A stretch of DNA of 41,874 nucleotides from Fidelibacterota bacterium (GCA_043822705.1 JBDRBK010000099.1:1-41874), one strand, 5' to 3'; positions 27,903-37,771 are shown, numbered from the stretch's first letter. A program made the numbers and translations. The notes: generated from the letters alone by a model not told the origin.

Positions 27903-28940
27903 CTATTCAGTGAAGGATTTAACCTTTTCCGTCCAGACACCTTCGAGTATCTGATATTTTGCCTGAGAAGCACCACCTAAACTGTCCAGAGTGAAAATCA
28001 TGTGAAGATCATTGAATCGTTCATTATTAATGTATAGACGATCATCCAAACTGCGAAATCCATATTCAACGAACGCCATTTGTGCCTCGTTACCCCATAA
28101 AAACGCCATGAAATCAGACACTGATTCTTCTTTTTCAGGAGATCTTTGCTGGTCGATTTTCAAAGCTTTGGGTTCACACATAATGGTCCATTTGGGAACG
28201 ACGACAGTACCACCCATCACACGTCCATCACTTGGATTTATTATTTCCGATTCATATGTGATAATGGTATTGCCCCGACCGTTAATATACTGCTGGCGCC
28301 CAAGGATCGCTGATGCTGGTTTCAGGTTTACTTGTTTCCATATTTGCCGCATGCGTAGGATGGCCAGGTGTTCGTCTCGCGTTGAATACTTAAAAGCCCC
28401 ATATAAGGCTAACACAGTCCATTGTCCCAGGCCTGAGAAATTGGAATTGCACATAATCAGCTGAGTATTCTGTTGCGCCAAATCATCGAAATCTGTGATG
28501 GAGTCAAGTTCTGCGGGATTGTATAATATTAAGATGGGAGTGTAAGCAAGAGTGCCTTCGAAGGGTGATTTCAACCAAGACGCTTCTGACAATACACCAT
28601 GATTGTACAATCGTAGCGCATCGATCTCCGAGGCTAAAATGGCGATATCTATATTTTCCCTAGTGATGAGGTGGTTTGTTAGCATTGTTGAACCACCATA
28701 GCGGGTATGAATTTCAACATTCAGATTATCATTGGATTTCTGCAACTCTTTGAAGGCCGGCAGAATACGCTCTTCCATCACATCTCTCATCGCGCTAAAG
28801 CAATAAAGTTCAATCGTAATATCTGGCGATTGATTGCTGCAGCCTGCTATTAATTGGATGAAAAGCAAAAGTCCCGATGCACGCATAATGGTAGTTAAAA
28901 AACCATTGAGGAAGCGGAAGCGATTGGAATGAATTTTCAT
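27903..28940 (-). CDS. Orphan Sbp/CysP-like anion-binding lipoprotein
   Basis: LIAGC lipobox; YGGS, ITDFDDLA, SGLGQW, ITYESE and EAQMAFVEYGFR. Confidence 0.7.
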   Translation of the reverse strand: MKIHSNRFRFLNGFLTTIMRASGLLLFIQLIAGCSNQSPDITIELYCFSAMRDVMEERILPAFKELQKSNDNLNVEIHTRYGGSTMLTNHLITRENIDIAILASEIDALRLYNHGVLSEASWLKSPFEGTLAYTPILILYNPAELDSITDFDDLAQQNTQLIMCNSNFSGLGQWTVLALYGAFKYSTRDEHLAILRMRQIWKQVNLKPASAILGRQQYINGRGNTIITYESEIINPSDGRVMGGTVVVPKWTIMCEPKALKIDQQRSPEKEESVSDFMAFLWGNEAQMAFVEYGFRSLDDRLYINNERFNDLHMIFTLDSLGGASQAKYQILEGVWTEKVKSFTE

Positions 28941-29496
28941 GTTACCCCCATTTTATTATGGTATCAGGTGTAAATGATACCGTAATGAAGTATTGAAACA
29001 TATATAATGTTACCACAGCAATAATACCTTTCGCAATATATACCAGTATTCAATTATATGCCTCTAACCGAGCTCCTTGGCATGGTTTTTACAATTTTCT
29101 AAATTAGTGCTAGCTAATATTTAATCGAGCATAATTCTAATTGTGTCTTTAATTATGTTCTTTTTTCATGATATAGTATAGATACCCACGACTTCACAGA
29201 TATGGTCGTTTTCAAAGTACAAGCTTCGCTTGTCCTGCAACTTTCTGACACTACGATCACATTCCCGCGTCAGGAAAACACAAGCTGTGGCTCTCACCCC
29301 CACTATGACGGACAGGGAACTCCCGCTGGATCAGATGATGAATCCCGGAACGAAAATCATAGCCTGTATTTTTACTATATTGGTAAGGCTGATAGACCTA
29401 AGCGCATAGCCAAAATCTGCGGTTTATGAGTTTATCAGATATATGTTTCCAAGACTCAATGTCTACTTGGCTAATATTTGCCGGATTCCGTCACCA

Positions 29497-31476
29497 TTAT
29501 TCCGAATGATGTCGTTCGTAATATTCTTTAGCTTGGAAGGAAACGTCTTCAATTGTTGTTATACCTTCCTCAATGGCAGCTACTTCTTCCATAATCCGTT
29601 GATAATCGACCGGGTGCTTGTGTTTGTACTCGGCAATTGTCATCCGCCCATGAAGCCAGGTCATGCTCATTGGGTATTCCTTGGGATGCAGCATCACAAA
29701 GAAGAAATGCCAGACAAGAATTGCCAAGGTCGCCAGCCATGCTTCGTACAGATGGAAGACTTCGGCAACCTTAATCATCCATAATGGTGAATACTGGGTA
29801 AAGAATACCGGGTACCAGAGAATAAATCCCGAGATAATCATTACGATTGTTCCCCAGATCAGCGCCCAGTATTCAGCTTTTTCAGTGTAATCGAACCGGT
29901 CGAACTGCGGCTCATTCTTGGTCAGGTGCATACTGTAGAGCATCAACTGATAAAAACCCTGGAAATCGCTGATTGCTGGCAATAGTGCCTTGAAAAACTG
30001 ATTGCCGCGTTTTGTTACAATAACTTCAACAAAATGCCAAATTGAAAGTGCAATCAACAGAATTGCGGCTGCCCGGTGGACTATTCCACGTACCGTTTCG
30101 GTCAAACCAATCTTCCCCAGCAAGTCTGCCCAGAATGTGTCCAGATATTTCAAGGCAAACCCAGTAATCACCAACGTAAAAAAGGATATTATTAGGATGA
30201 CATGTTGCCAGACTTGTGATTTGGTGTAGCGTTGGATGTAATCCTGGGGTTCTTCATTTTTGTACTTATGGATCAGCAGCTCTACAAATATGATAAGATT
30301 GTGCATTAACATACCACCGATCACCACTACAATCAGAAAAATATAGACGATTTTAACAAAGTATTCCACCGGTTTTTCGGCAAGAATAACGGACTGATGG
30401 GTATAGGATTGCGAGAATATTTCGGTAGCTCCCGGGTGACATTCAGCACAGGTTTCACGTAAATTGGACTTATGAATTGCGGAACCGGGATCGCTGACGG
30501 GCAGAATGTAATGGGCCAGATGACAATCATAGCAGGTAGCAGCATCTGCGTCGCCTTTTATTACGGCTAATCCATGATAACTATCCTGATAACTTGAAAC
30601 TTTACCTGTCATCAAGCCATACTTGCTGATCATCCGCTCATCATTATGACAGCGGGCGCAGGTCTTTTCGGCGGCACTCCGTTTTGAAACCGGTGAACTG
30701 GGATCATGAATATCCACAATTTCATGTTCACCGTGACAATCGATACAACTGGGAGATTCTCTTTCACCCCGGGCCAGTGCCTCCCAGTGCACGCTCTTGG
30801 TATATAACGCATAAATGGTATCATGGCATACGCCACAGGTAGTAGATATATTTGAATGGCTTATGGTCGAAGTGGGATCGGTATTGGTTTTGATGTCATG
30901 CACGCCATGACAATCATTGCATGTTGCAGCCAATAGATTCCCATTTTCACCCAATTGTTTCGCATGATAACTTTTTGAAAACAGTTCTACCGGGTGCAGG
31001 TCAGGGATATTGTACTTTTCGACTAGTTCGGGTTGGGCATGGCATTGACCGCAGGTATTCGCCAGCTTCGGGGGATAGGTCAGAGATTCAGAATCTGTGG
31101 CCGGCAAGATATTGTGGCTACCATGACAGCTGTAACAGTATGCCGCATCCATGTCAGAATCTTCCCGCCAGATCGATATGCCATGAGCGCTGGTATTATA
31201 CTCTTCACTGGCTTCCTCATGACAGGCTCCACAGGATTCACATACATCCTGGCAATCAGTTTCATAACCGTCTGAATGATCGATTCCAAGTTTCTGAATT
31301 ACCTGATGGCAATCCAGACATTCCAATTCCGCATGGATTGATTCCTCAATGGATACTTCACCATGGCATTCCTGGCAAGATTCACTGCTAAAATCCTCAT
31401 CATAATCCTGAGCCCAGAGGAAACTTGCAGTAAGAATTACCATGATTAATTGCACTGGACGACAAGTCGTAACCAT
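29497..31476 (-). CDS. CbcL-like multiheme cytochrome c (11 CxxCH) fused to an FdnI-type cytochrome b membrane domain
   Basis: Signal peptide; 11 CxxCH counted; TM domain with His in QH, VHR, WHF and FHLYEA; FDRFDYTEKAEYWALIWG. Confidence 0.92.
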   Translation of the reverse strand: MVTTCRPVQLIMVILTASFLWAQDYDEDFSSESCQECHGEVSIEESIHAELECLDCHQVIQKLGIDHSDGYETDCQDVCESCGACHEEASEEYNTSAHGISIWREDSDMDAAYCYSCHGSHNILPATDSESLTYPPKLANTCGQCHAQPELVEKYNIPDLHPVELFSKSYHAKQLGENGNLLAATCNDCHGVHDIKTNTDPTSTISHSNISTTCGVCHDTIYALYTKSVHWEALARGERESPSCIDCHGEHEIVDIHDPSSPVSKRSAAEKTCARCHNDERMISKYGLMTGKVSSYQDSYHGLAVIKGDADAATCYDCHLAHYILPVSDPGSAIHKSNLRETCAECHPGATEIFSQSYTHQSVILAEKPVEYFVKIVYIFLIVVVIGGMLMHNLIIFVELLIHKYKNEEPQDYIQRYTKSQVWQHVILIISFFTLVITGFALKYLDTFWADLLGKIGLTETVRGIVHRAAAILLIALSIWHFVEVIVTKRGNQFFKALLPAISDFQGFYQLMLYSMHLTKNEPQFDRFDYTEKAEYWALIWGTIVMIISGFILWYPVFFTQYSPLWMIKVAEVFHLYEAWLATLAILVWHFFFVMLHPKEYPMSMTWLHGRMTIAEYKHKHPVDYQRIMEEVAAIEEGITTIEDVSFQAKEYYERHHSE

Positions 31477-31733
31477 AATTACACCCGCTTATTGAAATTA
31501 ATATGACTGTTAGAACCGTTCACTCAAAGTAAAACCAATCCAGATGTTCAAAATGAATCATTGTAAAGGGTCATATTTAATAATTGTAATTATGACTTGC
31601 TTCATCGATGATTATTAATGATCAATTACTCAATATTTCCTGAAAGCAACGATACTGCTATCGGCAAAACCGGGATCAGTTTATCAAGTTTTAAATGACT
31701 AATGTGACTCACTCATATCTCTGAAGTAGGAAT

Positions 31734-34244
31734 TTAGGAAAATGTGCCGGCCAATATCAACACCAACAGGGCGAGTCCAATCAACAGGAAACTGTAGGCC
31801 GCAATCCGGAATATCAACCGTTTCCAGCCAGGTAAGGGATTGGTAAGCATAGCCTGGTACTGGACCACTGTCAATGCTTCTTTCTGCAGGGGCCGTTCCT
31901 CTTCGAAACGTTCTTCGGTGAGATGGCCGGAAAAGATTGCCTCGTCCATGGGAAAAGTACCGGGGCGCAGGTGTGTGTTGAAGAAATGCACCGTGAAGAT
32001 AAAACCTGTTGCCAGCAGTGCTTCTTCGGAATGAATGATGTGGGCCGCATTGATCATCCAACCGGGGAACCAGCGTGAGAAAATCTGCGGGAACCACAAC
32101 GTCAATCCCGAGGCACCGATAGCGAACATGCCCCAGAACACGGCGAAATAATCGAATTTCTCCCAATAGGTCCAGCGTCCAAATTTGGGTTCCGCTTTCC
32201 TGAGGCCGATGAAATACAGGACATGATTATAAAAATCCTTGAAATCCTGCCAGTTCGGCACCAGGCTGTCCGGCCCCCAAAACACGCCCTTCTTATTTTT
32301 CACAAACGCCGTTTTGAACATGATTCCCAGGTGGAATACAAAAACCAGCAGCATCAGCCCGGCGCCGACACGATGGGCGATGGCGGCGGTACCGAAACCG
32401 ATCACGTTGTGAACAAACCAGTTCGCCAGTATGGAATGACTGTATTTCAGCGGTAGACCGGTCATCGCCAGCGTCAGGAAGCTTAAAACCATCCCCACAT
32501 GCAGGGCGCGCTGCTCCGGTGTAAAGCGCCGGACCCGGTGATTGGACTTGGGCGGTTTGGCGATCGGGCCGTGCATAATCCGTTTTATCAGTAGCCGAAT
32601 CAGCCACAGTATTGTGTGCCCGCCAAAAATCACCAGAACGCTGGTCAGCAGAACCACCATCGCTTTGTGGATGAAATTCAGGGCCGGATTTTCTTCCGCC
32701 ATCATCGGTGTGTAATGTTGCAGGTACTGGACAAAATTCTCATTTACATCGGTATGGCAACGGGAGCAGGTGGCCACAATATGCGATTTGTGGATCGTGG
32801 ACTGGGGATGATTACTGGGTAGAATGGAATGATTATCGTGGCAGGAAATACAGGTGGCGAATTTTTCACCCTGGTAACCCAACTGGTACATTTGCCCGTG
32901 ATAAGAAGTGTTATAGCCTTCCAGCACATTGGGGTTGAGCTGGAACTTCATGGTCATATCACGGTCGGAATGACAGCGGGCGCAAAGCACAACGATCGAC
33001 TCCCCCATGAATCGCTCATTAGCCTTCTGGATTCGCTGCTCGTCATGGCAGGTGATACAGGTCGGCGCTTCCAGATGTCCTTTCTGATAGGAGATGTAGT
33101 GACTCGATAATTGGTATTGCTGCTGCTCTTTAGGGTGGCAGTCGGCGCAGGATTTTTCCAGGGCGCGATCGGCGGGGTGGTTGGGTGCCAGATAATGATA
33201 GGTATGGCAGTTACCGCAATTGGATGGTTCCCCGGAGGCCACTTTATTGAGTTCGTCGCGATGAATCCGGCCATGGGCCTCTTCCTGCTCGACGATCAGC
33301 GTGGACTGATGACAGCGCAGGCAGACCTGGTCCAGTTTGATATCAAACACGCTGGAAGGCGCGGAGCCAACCATTTCGGTTTCGTGGCCGGTATGGCAGA
33401 CGACACAGGTTTCCAGCCGCGGATCGCTGTTTTCCTTGGGCCGGTGGATGGAAGCTTCGTATCCCAGGTGACAGTTGCTGCAGACCATGTCCAGGCGGGC
33501 AACCGATACTTCGCTGGCGGGATTGCGTGGCGACAAAACCCGGTGACGGGCATGGCAATCGGAGCAGACCGGTGCCTTCAGATTGCCGGCCAGCACCTGT
33601 TTATAATGTCCGCTGAGATCGTAATTCCGAACATTTTCGGCATGGCACTCCCGGCAGGATTCGGTCAGGTGAATTTTCCATTCACCAGGTGTGTAATCGG
33701 CACGTTCCTGTTTATTATGAGGCGAGTGACAGGATACACAGGTTACATCAGAGGTCTCCGTCTGCTGATCCCAGTGGGCGGAATGGAAGAAATCGTCCAG
33801 AACATCTTGGTGACAGACACCGCAGGCCTGGCGCGGTTGTCCCTGCCAACTGACTTTATGCTTGCCGTGGCAATCCGAACAGGTCGGGATCGAGGTATAG
33901 CCTTTTTCCTGTAGCGGCCGGAAGAAACCTTCGATGAATTCCGTCTGGGCGTCCTCGTGGCAACTGCCGCAATCAGGCAATTCCACCAGCGGATCATGCG
34001 GGAAATCCTCGACACCTTCCAAAGCGGTGTGGCAATCAATACAATTAAAACCTTCGTGGGGCGTGCCCTCCAGGTCGGCTTCGGTCACATACAGCGATAA
34101 TTCCAACCCGCGACGCCGGACCGCAAGGTCTTGGTCGTCATGGCACATCGTACAAGTTTCATTGTCCTGCCCAAGTAAAATCAGGGGAATCCACAGCAGG
34201 ATTGAAAATTTCAACGGATTCCCCCTCCGTATAAATTCTATCAT
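31734..34244 (-). CDS. CbcL-like multiheme cytochrome c (17 CxxCH) fused to a cytochrome b membrane domain
   Basis: 17 CxxCH counted; FGRWTYWEKFDYFAVFWG and IIHSEEALLATGFIFTVHFF. Confidence 0.92.
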   Translation of the reverse strand: MIEFIRRGNPLKFSILLWIPLILLGQDNETCTMCHDDQDLAVRRRGLELSLYVTEADLEGTPHEGFNCIDCHTALEGVEDFPHDPLVELPDCGSCHEDAQTEFIEGFFRPLQEKGYTSIPTCSDCHGKHKVSWQGQPRQACGVCHQDVLDDFFHSAHWDQQTETSDVTCVSCHSPHNKQERADYTPGEWKIHLTESCRECHAENVRNYDLSGHYKQVLAGNLKAPVCSDCHARHRVLSPRNPASEVSVARLDMVCSNCHLGYEASIHRPKENSDPRLETCVVCHTGHETEMVGSAPSSVFDIKLDQVCLRCHQSTLIVEQEEAHGRIHRDELNKVASGEPSNCGNCHTYHYLAPNHPADRALEKSCADCHPKEQQQYQLSSHYISYQKGHLEAPTCITCHDEQRIQKANERFMGESIVVLCARCHSDRDMTMKFQLNPNVLEGYNTSYHGQMYQLGYQGEKFATCISCHDNHSILPSNHPQSTIHKSHIVATCSRCHTDVNENFVQYLQHYTPMMAEENPALNFIHKAMVVLLTSVLVIFGGHTILWLIRLLIKRIMHGPIAKPPKSNHRVRRFTPEQRALHVGMVLSFLTLAMTGLPLKYSHSILANWFVHNVIGFGTAAIAHRVGAGLMLLVFVFHLGIMFKTAFVKNKKGVFWGPDSLVPNWQDFKDFYNHVLYFIGLRKAEPKFGRWTYWEKFDYFAVFWGMFAIGASGLTLWFPQIFSRWFPGWMINAAHIIHSEEALLATGFIFTVHFFNTHLRPGTFPMDEAIFSGHLTEERFEEERPLQKEALTVVQYQAMLTNPLPGWKRLIFRIAAYSFLLIGLALLVLILAGTFS

Positions 34245-34251
34245 AGGCGCT

Positions 34252-34845
34252 CTATTTTTTCAGTTCAGCCGGATAGGGATGGGCTATCTCCTTTACACGA
34301 TCGGCAAATTTGAACGGTTTGAAAGTCGGGCTTTTCTGGTTGTGGCAGGTGACGCACAGCGCTTCGTTCGGTTCAATCAGACCAACCGTCTTACCGTCGA
34401 CGGTTCCGGCAAAGATATCCTTCATGACTTTGCTGGATTTGTAGGCACTGCCCGGTCCATGGCAGGCTTCGCAACTGACCGATTGCAGACCGGCCATTGT
34501 CTTGACTTCCTTGGTGGGTTTGCCCTTATCGTCGACTGCTTCCCAGAATTTGGCATCTTTTACGGCGTAGCCGCCAGCCCCGAATCCGGTGGTATGGCAA
34601 GCCAGACATTCGGCAGCTTCCCAAGCCGGACCGGCAATTCCTTTATCCTTGGCAATCTTGGCGGACGCTTCATTCTTCAGTGTTTCGAATGCCTTGGCAT
34701 GCACATCGGCTTCCCATTTGGCAAACTGGGCGCCTTTGGCTTCGCTCTTATGGCACATTTTACAGCCATCGACTCCGACGTATTCAAAGCTCTGAGCAAA
34801 GACCAGACCAGTGGCAGCCAAAATCAGTATCATTCGTTTAACCAT
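34252..34845 (-). CDS. Periplasmic tetraheme cytochrome c (c554-like family)
   Basis: Signal peptide; YVGVDGCKMCH, CLACH, VSCEACHGPGS and CVTCH. Confidence 0.9.
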   Translation of the reverse strand: MVKRMILILAATGLVFAQSFEYVGVDGCKMCHKSEAKGAQFAKWEADVHAKAFETLKNEASAKIAKDKGIAGPAWEAAECLACHTTGFGAGGYAVKDAKFWEAVDDKGKPTKEVKTMAGLQSVSCEACHGPGSAYKSSKVMKDIFAGTVDGKTVGLIEPNEALCVTCHNQKSPTFKPFKFADRVKEIAHPYPAELKK

Positions 34846-34939
34846 TATTTCCCTCCACGATATGGTTTATTGGTTAATCCAATATTAATAATTTTCAATG
34901 ACAAAGCGAACAATTTATGTACTGCTGCTGCAACCGTTT

Positions 34940-35770
34940 TCAACCGCCGTGGCAGCGCCTACAGGTATTATCGCTTGCTGGTTGATGACAAACCAGGCAT
35001 ATGTCCGGTTCCTGTTCCGCCCGTTCGCCATGCAGCCCGCCCCGCGTGGGCGATGCCCAGTCGGGCAGGTTATGATCCACCGGCATGACCAGATTACTCC
35101 GGTGGCAGGACAGGCAGTCCTTTATCGGGTGGTGGCAGGTGCTGCAATCATTCAGCGCGGCATACGCTTCCAGTCCGTGGGCGAGCATGAAAGCCGCTGG
35201 ATGGTTGGCCGGTTCGACGTTCTGAACCAGATGGCAGGCGTCACAGGTGGCCTGCTGGTGACAGGTGCTGCAACTGCTCTTGGTCTGGTGCATCACTTCG
35301 ATCCCGTGCAGCCAGGACCAATCAGCCGCATGTGATTTCGGCGCGGCTGAGGAATGACAGGATTGACAATCCGACCGGGTCCATAATCTGGCGGGACCGC
35401 CCCCCGATTCTTCTTCAACGTAGGCATGACAGGTAGTGCATTCCTGACCTGAACCGATGTGATAAGCGTGTGAAAAGTCCAGCCCGCTGAGTCGCTGCGA
35501 ATCAGTGAAGGGCAACGGTTCGTCCGGATCTGAGTGACAGGCTTCGCAATCCTCGGTCGCGGTATCGCCGTCGTGGCAACCAATACAGGTATCCTTTTCC
35601 GGCAGTAACCGCGGCGGGATTGCGGTCGATTTACCCACATCGGCATGGCAATCACTGCAGGACATTTCCAAATCTTCAAGGTGCAACTGGTGCGGGAACA
35701 TGATATAATCACCGCTCCAGGCTGTTGCCAGTAAAAAGGTTGTGATAAGGAATAACCTAAAGCGCCACAT
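34940..35770 (-). CDS. Periplasmic 11-heme cytochrome c (c3/c7-like repeats)
   Basis: Signal peptide; 11 CxxCH in 276 aa; FPHQLH and FSHAYH distal-His motifs. Confidence 0.92.
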   Translation of the reverse strand: MWRFRLFLITTFLLATAWSGDYIMFPHQLHLEDLEMSCSDCHADVGKSTAIPPRLLPEKDTCIGCHDGDTATEDCEACHSDPDEPLPFTDSQRLSGLDFSHAYHIGSGQECTTCHAYVEEESGGGPARLWTRSDCQSCHSSAAPKSHAADWSWLHGIEVMHQTKSSCSTCHQQATCDACHLVQNVEPANHPAAFMLAHGLEAYAALNDCSTCHHPIKDCLSCHRSNLVMPVDHNLPDWASPTRGGLHGERAEQEPDICLVCHQPASDNTCRRCHGG

Positions 35771-36914
35771 TGATCACAACTCCTCCCCTGGTGTCATAAT
35801 TATAGTAGGGATTGCGGAGAAACCGCCCGAATATCCGGATCGCCATCAGTGGCGCCGGCTGCCACTCGGTCCAGCCATACAGTCCGATCGATTTCTGGGG
35901 CTCGATCAGATCATCATAGGTCCGGGCATTGATCGAAAAACTACCACCGGCAGTGACTACCCGGCTGACCGGTTTTCTTAATCCCGCACTAACGCCAAAC
36001 AGGGTCTGTTTATCCTGATAACCGCCGACAAAAGACAGTGAATACGGACCAACCGCCGCCGTGCTGCGGAAATAATTAATATTGGACTCGCTGAACCGGT
36101 GAACGAATTGATTCCACCAGATCAGCCGTGTACCAACTCGGGATGTCACTCCCAAGGTAACAATCGGAGCCGCAGTAATACTGCGATTGATCCAGGGATA
36201 GGGATCAGCCTGTAAATAACGTTTCTGACGAAAGCCGGCGCTGATCGTGTGTTGTCTAAAAGCTTTTGACAATCGGACGCGGGCTTGATAAGCCTTGCTG
36301 TCAGTCAAGGACCAGGCCAGGTTGGAATACAGTTTGATATCGCTTGGTAACGGCCGGGTCAGGCTGCCACCCGCGTAAGAATTGGTTTCGGCTCCATCGT
36401 TTTCGGTCCAGAAAATGACTGTCCGGTTGTTACCGAGACGGCCCTGGCTCCAAGACACCAGATACAGTTGCTTATCGACAAAAGCAGTATCGCTGAAATC
36501 GCTGACGGCTTTAAAACCACCCAATACTTCGAGGCTGCCCAGCTTGCCCAGCGAATAATTAAATTTGGCACCATCCACCCGACCGCTAATGAAACTGTTC
36601 CAAGTGGCAATTCGACCCAGTTCGAGATTGATTTTCCCGAGATCAAAACCGGCGGTCAGGTTGTAAACACGGAACGGATTGGGCAGAGAGCCGGTTTCCG
36701 AGCCGATTTCGATTTGCGATTCCAGTGATAGTCGCGAACCGAATGACTGGCGGTAGGTCAAAACTGAGCACCAGAAGGTGGCCTCATCCGCATCCAGCAT
36801 ACCTACCCGCGGATACAAGGCGGTTGTGCTGATGGAAATATCCGGTTTGACGGCTAATACTAGTCCGGATAAAATAATCAAAACAGTTATGTTTTTTTTC
36901 AGATTGGCAGTCAT
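35757..36914 (-). CDS. Putative outer-membrane beta-barrel (porin of a porin-cytochrome conduit)
   Basis: Signal peptide; alternating amphipathic strands rich in G/Y/F/W; ends GGVVINVAL; overlaps the 11-heme gene. Start placed at ATG 36914. Confidence 0.7.
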   Translation of the reverse strand: MTANLKKNITVLIILSGLVLAVKPDISISTTALYPRVGMLDADEATFWCSVLTYRQSFGSRLSLESQIEIGSETGSLPNPFRVYNLTAGFDLGKINLELGRIATWNSFISGRVDGAKFNYSLGKLGSLEVLGGFKAVSDFSDTAFVDKQLYLVSWSQGRLGNNRTVIFWTENDGAETNSYAGGSLTRPLPSDIKLYSNLAWSLTDSKAYQARVRLSKAFRQHTISAGFRQKRYLQADPYPWINRSITAAPIVTLGVTSRVGTRLIWWNQFVHRFSESNINYFRSTAAVGPYSLSFVGGYQDKQTLFGVSAGLRKPVSRVVTAGGSFSINARTYDDLIEPQKSIGLYGWTEWQPAPLMAIRIFGRFLRNPYYNYDTRGGVVINVAL

Positions 36915-36947
36915 ATTATTTAATAGCAACTGTTTAAGGATTTAAAC

Positions 36948-36975
36948 GGTGGCCCAACCTTGTAGTTGGGCCACC
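36948..36975 (-). terminator. Perfect 11-bp hairpin upstream of the porin gene
   Basis: GGTGGCCCAAC-CTTGTA-GTTGGGCCACC; GTTT follows on the minus strand. Confidence 0.6.
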
Positions 36976-37084
36976 ATATTCATCAACTGTCCTAATTTAA
37001 ATAGATCAGAACTCCAAATCACACCTATTTTAATGCTTGATCAAGAACCTGATTTGTAGGCTTATCGGCAGCTGCAGCTTATTT

Positions 37085-37319
37085 TTATGCACTAATAGAA
37101 CCGGCTGGCTTCATGCCAACACGACAGCAACCTGCAACAGTGGCCCCTTCCATGGTAAATTCCTGAAGGGCTACTTGATAGATATGGCAACCTTCACAGG
37201 TATACCGATCAGACGCAGTAATTTTATCTAAACCAGGATCACAACCAGCGCAAAACAGTAAAAATAAACCTGTTAACAGGCCAAATCGCCAGACAGATTT
37301 TTTCGTGAGTTTTGTTCAT
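37085..37319 (-). pseudogene. Frameshifted/truncated lipoprotein c-type cytochrome remnant
   Basis: Reading 37315 to 37085 gives TKLTKKSVWRFGLLTGLFLLFCAGCDPGLDKITASDRYTCEGCHIYQVALQEF...SISA*, with a lipobox and CEGCH. The ATG at 37319 overlaps the merR stop (ATGA) but is one base out of frame at an A4 run. Confidence 0.65.
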
Positions 37320-37771
37320 CGTTTTACCGTTAAAAACATTTCGTTCAGCTTTCCCGCTTTACAGGCAGCGCGATAAACATTGCACTCGCGGCACTCGCCC
37401 CGATTACAGACTTCGGCACTACGATTTTCGGTCAGCCAGCACACCTTTTCGCCATTCATGTAGACCGGGCAACGCTCCTGCTCTTCGCTGGTACAGGGTT
37501 TCATTTCCCAGCATGGTATCAAGGCCAGCAGCAGGCGCACACCGGCGATATTCAATCCATTCCTGGTAATCTGGATACGGAAACAGTTGATCCACTCCAG
37601 ATCCTTCTGCGAATATAGTCGGCGATTGGTGCCGGTTTTATAGGGAATGATCAGGCCTTCTCGTTCGTAGAGGCGTAATGTCTCGGGCGATACACCCAAT
37701 TTTTTGGCCGCGATGCCGATTGATATTACCGGCTCGAATGGATCGGCCTCGATCGAGATGTTCAATGACAT
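37316..37771 (-). CDS. MerR/HspR-like regulator with a Cys-rich 'two-CW' C-terminal domain
   Basis: ISIGIAAKKLGVSPETLRLYEREGLI...RRLYS; CWEMKPC...RCPVY...VCW...VC...CRECNVY. Confidence 0.88.
   Translation of the reverse strand: MSLNISIEADPFEPVISIGIAAKKLGVSPETLRLYEREGLIIPYKTGTNRRLYSQKDLEWINCFRIQITRNGLNIAGVRLLLALIPCWEMKPCTSEEQERCPVYMNGEKVCWLTENRSAEVCNRGECRECNVYRAACKAGKLNEMFLTVKR

Noticed and set aside
29078..29094. Second sigma54 promoter TTGGCATGGTTTTTACA
   Set aside because: The conserved -12 GC is AC, and the downstream 75-aa ORF (29202-29429) has no recognisable features
33111..35335. Long plus-strand ORFs (267, 384 and 145 aa)
   Set aside because: Antisense to clear multiheme cytochrome genes, with no motifs of their own
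37316..37318. Selenocysteine readthrough fusing MerR to the downstream cytochrome peptide
   Set aside because: No convincing SECIS-like hairpin right after the TGA, and an internal lipoprotein signal makes a fusion implausible; an ATGA-coupled start with a 1-bp frameshift is simpler
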